Assembly: GCA_963810915.1 (NCBI GenBank)
Contig: CAWEPH010000004.1
Span: forward strand, 67,788 to 131,787
Origin: an uncultured Actinomycetes bacterium
GTDB lineage: Bacteria; Actinomycetota; UBA4738; HRBIN12
DNA length: 64,000 bases
Direction of reading: 5' to 3'
Of the stretch, positions 1 through 7,600 are shown piece after piece (position 1 is the stretch's first letter; every line of letters starts with the position of its first letter). The notes beneath the pieces are model-generated. The model worked only from the letters and a program-made list of their open reading frames with translations, ran no database searches and was not told the origin of the DNA. Position numbers and translations under genes: made by a program.

Positions 1-73
1 GCGCGAACATGCCGACACGCAAGCGCTCGAGCTCCGCTCCGCATCCGATGACGCCGACACGGCCGCCGGCGCC

Positions 74-970
74 GTGGCCGTCGCCGAGTCGCGCAGCCGG
101 ACCTCGCAGACGCGCGCCGACGAGTTCGCCGCCTCCAGCCCCGCCCGCGGCGCGGCCGCGCGCATCAGCCCGCGGGTGTACGCCGTCGCGATCGTCGCGA
201 TCCTCGTGGCGGAGTTCCCGCTGAACGCGATCGCGTTCCGTCTCTTCGGCGAGGCGGAGATCCTCACGTGGGTGATGACCGCGAGCCTGGCGTTCACGCT
301 GGTCTTCTGCGCGCACGGCCTCGGCACGTTCCTGCGCGCCGAGCAGCCCACCATGGCGGAGCGGCGCTGGATCGTGGTGCTCGTGGTGCTGCCCGTGCTC
401 ACGATCATCGCGATCGCGTTGATCCGCGCGCGCTACCTCTCGCTCGAGGCCGAGGTCACCGGACTGGAGGTCCTCGGCCCGATGGTCGGGAGCCTCGTCT
501 TCCTGGTGATCAACCTGCTCGTCTACACCGGCGCCACGATGCTCTCTTACCTGGCGCACGCGCCCCGCATGCCGGCCGCGGCGAAGGAGGCGGAGCGCGC
601 ACAGACGGAGCTCGGCTCGGCGCAGACCCAGCTGCGGGAGGCGACCCGGCGCGCGCGGCGCCACGAGGAGCAGCTCTCGCACGCGGGTGTGGCGAGCGAT
701 GAGGCGCTGCAGGTGGCTCGCGCTCGCGCGAGCGCCGTCGCCGCCTACCACCGTGGATTGATGGCGCAGTACTGCGCGGCCAACCTGCGGGCGCGCGGCA
801 ACCCCGAGGTGCCGGCCGTGCTACGCGAGCTGCCGCCGATCGAGGTGCCTGCGGTGTTCGACGGGTCGGTGGTTCGCGGCGGCGACGACCGGGGACATGG
901 GAACGGCGAAGCGTCGCGGGAGACCGTGGTCGCGCTGGGCACGCGCGTCGGCGCGGAGAACGGCCGATGA
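74..970 (+). CDS. hypothetical integral membrane protein (about 4 TM helices) with Ala/Arg/Gln-rich coiled-coil-like C-terminal tail
   Basis: 298-aa ORF with hydrophobic segments AVAIVAILVAEFPLNAIAF, LTWVMTASLAFTLVFCAHGLG, WIVVLVVLPVLTIIAIALI and MVGSLVFLVINLLVYTGATML. Its stop overlaps the next start (ATGA at 967-970). The frame stays open back to base 2, so the true start may lie upstream of the window. Confidence 0.5.
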   Translation: MAVAESRSRTSQTRADEFAASSPARGAAARISPRVYAVAIVAILVAEFPLNAIAFRLFGEAEILTWVMTASLAFTLVFCAHGLGTFLRAEQPTMAERRWIVVLVVLPVLTIIAIALIRARYLSLEAEVTGLEVLGPMVGSLVFLVINLLVYTGATMLSYLAHAPRMPAAAKEAERAQTELGSAQTQLREATRRARRHEEQLSHAGVASDEALQVARARASAVAAYHRGLMAQYCAANLRARGNPEVPAVLRELPPIEVPAVFDGSVVRGGDDRGHGNGEASRETVVALGTRVGAENGR

Positions 971-1665
971 CGCGGCGTCTCCTGGCGACCCTGCTCGCGG
1001 TGAGCCTCCTGACGGGGACCGGTTGTGCGGCCCTCTCGCGCGCGGCGGGCCGTGACCAGGCGCGCCCGCTCGTCGTCGTGCTGCTCGACGTCTCGCGCAG
1101 CACGCACGACGCGGAGGTGCGCGCCCGGTACCTCGATGCGTTCGCCCGCGTGCTCGACGACGTGGAGGCGGAGCACGGCACCCTCGTCGCCGACGTGATC
1201 GACGACAACCCGCTCGCGCACTCCACGTTCCCGATCCAGGCCACGTTCGAGGCCTGCGACCCCCTCACCGACAACCGGCTCGCGTGTGCGGCCCGCGCCG
1301 CCCAGCTCAGAGGGGACGCCTTGGACGCGGCGCGGGCGATCCTCGCGCGCACGTCCGAGGCGTCGGGCACGGACATCTACGACGGGGTCGCCCTCGCGCA
1401 GCGGGTGTTCGACGCCTACCCCGAGGCCGGCGCGCGCCGACTCGTGATCTGCTCCGACATGGTGCAGAACGCGAGCGTCCGACCACCCGCGGCACGACTC
1501 GGTGGCGTGACGGTCTACGTGGTGGGGTCCGGGGTGGTGGCGGGTAGCGAACTCGCGCCGGAGCGGATCCTGGCGCTGCAGCGTCGGTGGCTCGGGTACT
1601 TCGCGCAGGCGGGCGCCGACCTGACGCCAGCGCGGTACGGGGCCACCCTGGTGCGCTTCCCGTGA
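967..1665 (+). CDS. secreted/lipoprotein-like vWA-fold protein (MIDAS-like DxSxS)
   Basis: N-terminal signal-like MTRRLLATLLAVSLLTGTGC. VVVLLDVSRST matches the vWA beta1 + DxSxS MIDAS pattern, and RRLVICSDMVQN resembles the later vWA Asp strand. Translationally coupled on both sides. Confidence 0.55.
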   Translation: MTRRLLATLLAVSLLTGTGCAALSRAAGRDQARPLVVVLLDVSRSTHDAEVRARYLDAFARVLDDVEAEHGTLVADVIDDNPLAHSTFPIQATFEACDPLTDNRLACAARAAQLRGDALDAARAILARTSEASGTDIYDGVALAQRVFDAYPEAGARRLVICSDMVQNASVRPPAARLGGVTVYVVGSGVVAGSELAPERILALQRRWLGYFAQAGADLTPARYGATLVRFP

Positions 1666-2837
1666 GTTCGGATGCCGCCGCGTATCGCGGCCCCGACGAG
1701 GATCTGCCGCTCTCGATCGAGCCGGTCATCGGGTGGCGGGTCTGGCGCCTTGTGCGGCGCCAGGGGGTCCTCACGCTGACGGCGATAACCGCGCAGGAGC
1801 CGTGGCCCCCCAAGGAGGTGGTGCACGCGACATGCCGGCGTCTCACGACCCATCCTGCTCCCGTGCCCAACTGCTCCTGCGGGCTGTACGCGGCGAGCTC
1901 GCCGAACGATCTCGCGCACGCGGGGGTTTATGGCTACGCCGATGTCTGCGTCGTGGGCGCGATCGCGATGTGGGGCACGGTCGTAGAGCACGCCCGTGGC
2001 GCGCGCTCCGCGAAGGCCTATCCCGCGCGGCTCGCACTCGTCTGTGGCCCGTGCCTGCGCGTGGGCCTCGTCACATCTCCCTCGATCGTGGTGGGTGAAG
2101 CGGGGCCGCTGACGGCCCTCTGCCACTTCCATCAACGGCGTGACCGACGGCCGGGCCGACCTGCGGAGGAGATCCAAGCGGAGCTGCTCGATGCCTACGG
2201 GGTCGAGCCGCTGCCCCGTTCGCGGATCGCACGCCGCCCGTTCCGGCCCCAGGTCTCACCCACGCGGCTGGTGGAGCTGGCGGCGACACTCGTGGTCGGC
2301 CTCTTCAAGCTCGCCTTCTTCCTGTTCATGGTTCCCATCGTGATCGGCGGACTCGTGGTGCTCTTGGCGCTCTTCCTGCAGGTGGTAACGCTCGGACGCT
2401 TCGGCCAGGCGCCCGTGGATCCGGTGGTCTCGCCGCCCGCGGTCATCGCCGGGGTCGATGCGCTGAGGCCCGAGGCGCCCGCGGCGCCCGGACCTTCAGC
2501 GGTATCGCCGATGCGGGGTATCGCGACGTCGCATACGAGGTCACTGAGCAGGCCGCCCCCCGAGATCGCGTTCCTCTGCGGCATCGGTCGGGGTCACGCG
2601 GTGGAGCTCGTCCAGTGCGGTGATCGGGCTTCGGACCTCATCGGCCTCGCCCAACGCGCGTCGCCACACGGACGGGAAGCGGACTGCATCGACATGACGG
2701 ACGCGTACTCCCGCGGCGCGCACTTCTGGGTCTGTTGGACGACCTTCGAGCACGCCGACGTACGTCCGTGGGCGTCCACGCCTAACCCGTTCCTCGTCCC
2801 CGCTTCCGAAGGAGGAGCCGCCCATGGAGATCGGTGA
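1662..2837 (+). CDS. hypothetical protein: N-terminal Cys/His-motif domain (GWRVWR...HATC...CSCGLYA) plus 2 TM helices
   Basis: A GTG at 1662 overlaps the upstream TGA (GTGA), and the tracked ORF frame 1587-2837 is the same frame. Motifs read: WRVWRL, C-x13-CSCGLYA, VVGAIAMWGTVVEH. TM stretch LVVGLFKLAFFLFMVPIVIGGLVVLLALFL. I do not recognise a characterised family. Confidence 0.55.
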   Translation: MSSDAAAYRGPDEDLPLSIEPVIGWRVWRLVRRQGVLTLTAITAQEPWPPKEVVHATCRRLTTHPAPVPNCSCGLYAASSPNDLAHAGVYGYADVCVVGAIAMWGTVVEHARGARSAKAYPARLALVCGPCLRVGLVTSPSIVVGEAGPLTALCHFHQRRDRRPGRPAEEIQAELLDAYGVEPLPRSRIARRPFRPQVSPTRLVELAATLVVGLFKLAFFLFMVPIVIGGLVVLLALFLQVVTLGRFGQAPVDPVVSPPAVIAGVDALRPEAPAAPGPSAVSPMRGIATSHTRSLSRPPPEIAFLCGIGRGHAVELVQCGDRASDLIGLAQRASPHGREADCIDMTDAYSRGAHFWVCWTTFEHADVRPWASTPNPFLVPASEGGAAHGDR

Positions 2838-2979
2838 ACCCAAAGAGGTCCGAGAGATCGAGCCGATCACCGTCCCGGTCCCGGAGCCGATCGCGGTGCC
2901 GCACCCTGCACCGGAGCCGACCGCGCCGATTCCAGACCCCACGACGTACTGTCGTCTCAACCGAGTGCCGCAGGTTTGA
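2824..2979 (+). CDS. small Pro/Glu-rich ORF (51 aa), candidate micro-protein
   Basis: ATG at 2824 follows GAAGGAGGA (2808-2816) with 8-nt spacing. Translation: MEIGEPKEVREIEPITVPVPEPIAVPHPAPEPTAPIPDPTTYCRLNRVPQV. Overlaps the upstream stop by 14 nt. Too short to appear in the ORF track. Confidence 0.35.
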   Translation: MEIGEPKEVREIEPITVPVPEPIAVPHPAPEPTAPIPDPTTYCRLNRVPQV

Positions 2980-3022
2980 TCACTGCCGCGGCACCTCTGT
3001 GTCTCGGTCCTATGTGACCGAG

Positions 3023-4348
3023 CTACGCATCCTCGTCCTCGGTAGATTCCTCCTCGGGCGCCGGGCAGCAGCGATACTCCTGTGACTGGTCCAGCAACTC
3101 GATCTGCCGTTTGAGGAGCTTGTTCTCGAGCTCGAGTCGATCGAGGTCGAGGTGGATCTTGCGATGCAGCTCGGGTTCGCAGACTTCGCAATCATCCAGG
3201 CATCCCTTGACGATCACACCCGCGGTCGGCAGCGACGCGGTCCGCTCGAATTCGATCTCTGTCTTGATCGCCTCTGAGGGGAGGCCGCTCTTCTTGTCGA
3301 GGAGCCCCGCGTCGACGAGGGCGCTGTCCACTTCCGCGATCGCTGCGTCGCGAACGTCGGGCGGCAGGGGTGAGCCGCCGATCTGGAAAGCCACGCCCTC
3401 GAACGCGACGGCGAACCGCGCACGACCGGCCTGCGCGTACTGCGCCACGCTTTGCAGCCCGCGCGCCTCGACCTCGAGGCGAGCCGTGTTGGTGGCCGGA
3501 ACCTCTTGGGGCAGCGACGCGATCCCTCCGACCGATCGGACCGGATTGGCGAGAACCGGCGTTGGGGCTACGGGGTCGATCACCCGCCGGTCGATCGAGA
3601 TCAACTCGAACTTGACCGTCTCGCACTTGTTGATCCGGTAGAAGTAGAAGCTGAGCGCGTGGCACTGGTTCTGGTTGGTGAACTCACGCGAGGACGCCTC
3701 GAAGTGATCCTCGGATTCACCTTCTTGGTGTGAGCGCGTCGAGACCTCCCCGATCGAGAGCGCGTGAGCCTTCCGGGTCGCCTCGACGGACATGTGGTCG
3801 GCCATCGATGCATGGGCGCTGTGCTCGCGGAGGTAGTCCGCGGTGGACGAGGCGTTGTGGCTGCCGTGGGCGTTCGCGTCCGCGCTCGCGGAGAGGAAGC
3901 CGATCCCTCCGCTCGCGTCGCCGTGGAAGTCCCATGAGCCCTGATCCGTGCTGCGGCTCGACCCGTTGTCGGTGCTGCTTTGGTCGGACATCGCTGCCCT
4001 GAACGAGGACATCCGATACTGCTCCTCCGACATCTGCTCGCTGCGGTAACTCAGGTTGCTTTCGCTGTCGAAGCTGAATCGGCTCCGTCGGTCCGTCGTC
4101 GCCAGGCGCACTTTCTCGCCGGGTAAGAGGGTCGTGGTGTAGATCGGATCACCGAGTGCCAGCGGACCCGAGCAGCGGGTGAACCGCGTGTGGAGCGTGA
4201 CCTCCACGGTGAGTGGTTGTTCGTTCGGCCCGCGCAGCGATGTCGGGAAGACGAGTCGGCGACGCATCTCCATCACGTCGCACGGCGGGCATTCCTCCAG
4301 CGTGGGACAACAAGGCACCTCTTGGACATCCGTGGCGGTCTCAGCCAT
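3023..4348 (-). CDS. orphan protein with Cys clusters at both termini, Ser/His/Asp-rich centre and C-terminal coiled coil
   Basis: 441-aa ORF with SD GGGAGGAG upstream of its ATG. N-terminus CCPTLEECPPC; C-terminus CLDDCEVCEPE...LDRLELENKLLKRQIELLDQSQEYRCCP. More A/T-ending codons than its neighbours. No family recognised. Confidence 0.6.
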   Translation of the reverse strand: MAETATDVQEVPCCPTLEECPPCDVMEMRRRLVFPTSLRGPNEQPLTVEVTLHTRFTRCSGPLALGDPIYTTTLLPGEKVRLATTDRRSRFSFDSESNLSYRSEQMSEEQYRMSSFRAAMSDQSSTDNGSSRSTDQGSWDFHGDASGGIGFLSASADANAHGSHNASSTADYLREHSAHASMADHMSVEATRKAHALSIGEVSTRSHQEGESEDHFEASSREFTNQNQCHALSFYFYRINKCETVKFELISIDRRVIDPVAPTPVLANPVRSVGGIASLPQEVPATNTARLEVEARGLQSVAQYAQAGRARFAVAFEGVAFQIGGSPLPPDVRDAAIAEVDSALVDAGLLDKKSGLPSEAIKTEIEFERTASLPTAGVIVKGCLDDCEVCEPELHRKIHLDLDRLELENKLLKRQIELLDQSQEYRCCPAPEEESTEDEDA

Positions 4349-4473
4349 GGCCCGCTCCTCCCAACGTCATTTCCCGAGACTCAACCGTGCGCCACCTCCG
4401 TCACCATCGCGTCAACGCGACGTCACGACGGAGCTCGCGTAACGAAGATCGACTCAGGGAACGACGTCCTACC

Positions 4474-5649
4474 TCACCAGGTGACGGTATCGGTGGGCAG
4501 CGGAGGTGGAGCTGCCACGACGCCGCTCAGGAGTTGGTTGTAGAGACGATCGAACTTGAGCTTCGCGGGATGCACGGTCTCCATGTCGTAGCTACTCGCA
4601 TCCGAGGAGCTCATCGTTCTATCCGCGACGCTCGCCCAATTGCTGTCGGAGATGACCGTAGAGCGCAGAGCCTCTTCGAGCGCGAGGGTCGCTTCACGGG
4701 CCGCGGGGGGGACATCCCACCCTTCGACGGTGGCCAACAGCTTCGAACGGCCTTCCTGCAGTCGGCGCAGCGCATCGGCGTCCCCAGCGCTGATCGCCGC
4801 CCGGACCTGCGTGAGCTGCTGGCCCGATGTCTGCACGAGGTCGTGGGCTGTCCAGAGATAGTCGTGCAGAGTCGAGGCATGAGGCTCGGGAGTCGGAGGT
4901 GACCCGCGATGTCGGAGCGCGAGGACTGCTCCACTGACAGCGAGCGCCGCGATGACGCCGCCGATGACGAGGGATCGCACCCTGTGAGGCGGCTTCGAGA
5001 CCGGCGAAGGGGGTGGCGAGGCGACGTGGGGTGAGGGAGCGACCGCGCGGCCGTGGGTCTCGCCGCCCTCGCGTCGGGTCGCCATCCCCCGATCGTCGAT
5101 CCCGTCCAACGTCGCGACCAGCTTCGCGACACCCGCATCCCAGTCGTCCGTGATCGCGAGAGCTTGGATCGCCGGGAGGGATTTGATGGCGACGGGAAGT
5201 TCATCCCTCGGGGGCACGTGGGCGCCCTGAAGCAACGTGGGGATGACGACCAATCGCTCCCGCAGGGCGGCCTCGATCTCCAGACGCACGGGATCCACGG
5301 GGTTCGTCAGCCGACGCTGCCCATCGACGTCCTCGAGGGTGAGCCAATGGGGACCGATCAACGCGATGAGGACATCGCAATGGCTGACGGCGCGATCGAC
5401 GACGTCCTCCCAAAGCTGTCCGGGCGCGATGTTGTCCAGATCCATGAAGACCTGGTCCTTGCCGTAGCGCTCACCGAGCACGGTCTTGAGCGCTCGGGCG
5501 AAACCGGCACTGTCCTCGCGCCGATAGCAGACGAAGATACGCAGTCCCGGATCGTGGGTCGATCGAACACGCGTGTCACGGCGCTTCATGATGGCTGGTC
5601 CAGTTCCCTTCCGCTGAACCCCTCCGGGTGTGTAGCCGACCTCCGTCAC
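4474..5649 (-). CDS. TIR domain protein, single-pass membrane-anchored, with about 140-aa helical non-cytoplasmic C-terminal domain
   Basis: TIR_2-type N-terminus RIFVCYRREDSAGFARAL...VFMDLDNI..G..W...V..A...CDVLIALIG..W...DPVRLEIEAAL. TM helix VIGGVIAALAVSGAVLAL. Alternative start is the ATG at 5589 (MKRRDTRV). Confidence 0.8.
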   Translation of the reverse strand: MTEVGYTPGGVQRKGTGPAIMKRRDTRVRSTHDPGLRIFVCYRREDSAGFARALKTVLGERYGKDQVFMDLDNIAPGQLWEDVVDRAVSHCDVLIALIGPHWLTLEDVDGQRRLTNPVDPVRLEIEAALRERLVVIPTLLQGAHVPPRDELPVAIKSLPAIQALAITDDWDAGVAKLVATLDGIDDRGMATRREGGETHGRAVAPSPHVASPPPSPVSKPPHRVRSLVIGGVIAALAVSGAVLALRHRGSPPTPEPHASTLHDYLWTAHDLVQTSGQQLTQVRAAISAGDADALRRLQEGRSKLLATVEGWDVPPAAREATLALEEALRSTVISDSNWASVADRTMSSSDASSYDMETVHPAKLKFDRLYNQLLSGVVAAPPPLPTDTVTW

Positions 5650-5798
5650 CGCACCATCACCGACGCGTCACCGTGGTGAGCGACGGGAGTGGCCAGTCGT
5701 CAGTTCGAGGTCCCCCATGCAGCCGATAGGACGACGCGCCCATGAGGGTCAGAGTGGGTTGACCGTCCGCGGTCAGACGCGCACGACGAGGCAACGCC

Positions 5799-6791
5799 AT
5801 GCCAGGCAGCGGCATCTTCATCAGCTACCGGCGGGACGACTCGGCCGGGTTCGCGGGCCGGCTCTACGACCGGCTCGCCGAGCGGTTCGGCGCGGCCCGC
5901 GTCTTCATGGATATCGACGCGATCGCGCCGGGCCACGAGTTCGCGACCGATATCGAGAAGGCGCTCAGCGACTGCACGGCGTGCGTCGTGTTGATCGGCC
6001 GAGATTGGCTGACGATCACGGATGAGGACGGTCGACGGCGGCTCGACGATCCCACCGACTTCGTCCGGCTGGAGGTGGCGACCGCGATCCGACGTGGGAT
6101 CACGGTGTTCCCGGTCCTGGTGGACAAGGCGAAGCCGCCGTCATCGGCAGCGCTGCCGGACGAGATCCGTCCTCTGGCGGGACGACAGGCGATCGAACTC
6201 ACGAACGAGCGCTGGAACTACGACGTGGGCCGGCTCCTGCTGGCCCTCGAGAAGGAGGTCGGCCGACGGAACCCTGATCGCAGAGGCCGAGAGGGCCCTC
6301 TCGTCGCGGCGGGGTCGTCGCGCTACGTGGTCGATCGCGGCTGGGTGGATGGCCCTTGCCATCGCAGGCGTGACGGCTGGGTTGGCGACCCGGTCGGATG
6401 GGCCTCCACCTCCGGATCGGCATCCGCCAGCGGGTCCGGACAATCTCGTCGCCGCGCCACTGAACGGGAACTACGACGTCACCGTGGAGCTCCGAGCACG
6501 TCGCGGGACGCTGCTGATGAGGACAACCTTTGGGGCGAACCCGATCCCCAGGCGAGGGAGACACGGGGACGGATGGTCATCCCAGATCTGGACCTCCGAG
6601 TCGGGATCGTGGACCGTGATAGGAAGAACATAGCGGGAACTTGGTCGGACCTCGACGGGCGCTACATCGGTCCAAGGCGAGGCGGAGTGACGTGCGGACT
6701 CCAGGGAGTGCGGACGTCACGCGGACGTTTACGTCAGCCGAGACGCGATTCCTCAACGGAGCGCCCTCACACACCTTCGGCGGCATCCTGA
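5799..6791 (+). pseudogene. second TIR domain gene, apparently frameshifted after the TIR domain (TM segment lies in another frame)
   Basis: Intact TIR part: GIFISYRRDDSAGFAGRLYDRL...VFMDIDAI...CVVLIGRDWL...DFVRLEVATAI (5799 to about 6250). The expected TM helix WSIAAGWMALAIAGVTAGLA is encoded in the 6022-6633 frame. Further protein-like text (DVTRTFTSAETRFLNGAPSHTFGGILTIHWD) sits in a third frame, 6641-6868. Confidence 0.6.
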
Positions 6792-7515
6792 CGATCCATT
6801 GGGACATGCGCAGCGAACCGAGCCCGTGGATCGCACGTTCCACGTCGACGGGACGGCGACGCGGCTGAGCGCTCAGGCGCTCGCGTCGCTCGGAGGGTCC
6901 TCCGGTACGGCTCCCGTCGCCCGCGTCCAGGTACTTGCGGACCTCGCGATCCTCTTGCTCGCTGTCTTCCGGCTTCTCCTGGACGATCCGCGTGAGGTAG
7001 ACCTCGACGTCGCGGCGCACGATCTCTTCCACCTTGGTGGCGAACAACGGGAAGACCCGCTCGTGGAAGTCGTGACGATGCTGATACTGCTTGTAGCGAC
7101 CGCCGCCCTCGATGAAGAGCCAACCCTCGGTCTTCAGCAGCTCCGCCGTGCGCCGGAAGTGCCGCCACCGTTCCCCGTAGTGGAAGAAGCCGTCGAGCCC
7201 CACCGCGGCGGCGACCATCAGGCTGACGACGAACGTCGTCGGCTTCACCCATTCCCATAGCTCGTTGCTGTTGGCCGGGGGACTCAACGAGACCAGGGCG
7301 GGCACGAGCACGCCACCGGTGATCGCGATCACACGGAGCGCGGCGTACCTCCGGTTGGCGTCTCGGGCTCGTCCGTCGAACCAGAGCACCTGATCGAGCC
7401 ATCGGTCCCTCATCCACTCCTTCTTGTCCTCGTGCATGGCCAGCATCTGGATCGCGCGCAGCAGCCGATCTCGGGTGGTTCCGCCGGTCGTCGCGGGGAT
7501 CTCCGTGTCGCTCAT
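6577..7515 (-). CDS. DUF4231 / SLATT-family 2TM protein
   Basis: Start ATG at 7515 (MSDTEIP). Pattern read: WLDQVLWFDGRARDANRRYAALRVIAITGGVLVPALV ... TTFVVSLMVAAAVGLDGFF..ERWRHFRRTAELLKTEGWLFIEGGGRY, which fits the DUF4231/SLATT layout. The last about 100 codons look non-coding (Arg/Pro-rich), so the 3' end is uncertain. Confidence 0.65.
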   Translation of the reverse strand: MSDTEIPATTGGTTRDRLLRAIQMLAMHEDKKEWMRDRWLDQVLWFDGRARDANRRYAALRVIAITGGVLVPALVSLSPPANSNELWEWVKPTTFVVSLMVAAAVGLDGFFHYGERWRHFRRTAELLKTEGWLFIEGGGRYKQYQHRHDFHERVFPLFATKVEEIVRRDVEVYLTRIVQEKPEDSEQEDREVRKYLDAGDGSRTGGPSERRERLSAQPRRRPVDVERAIHGLGSLRMSQWIVRMPPKVCEGAPLRNRVSADVNVRVTSALPGVRTSLRLALDRCSARRGPTKFPLCSSYHGPRSRLGGPDLG

Positions 7516-7600
7516 CGCGAAGCCATCTCCCCTCTTCCGCTGCGACCGAACGTACGCCCGGTATCCGGCCGGTGCAACGCGAGCGTATGCTGAGCCCGCC

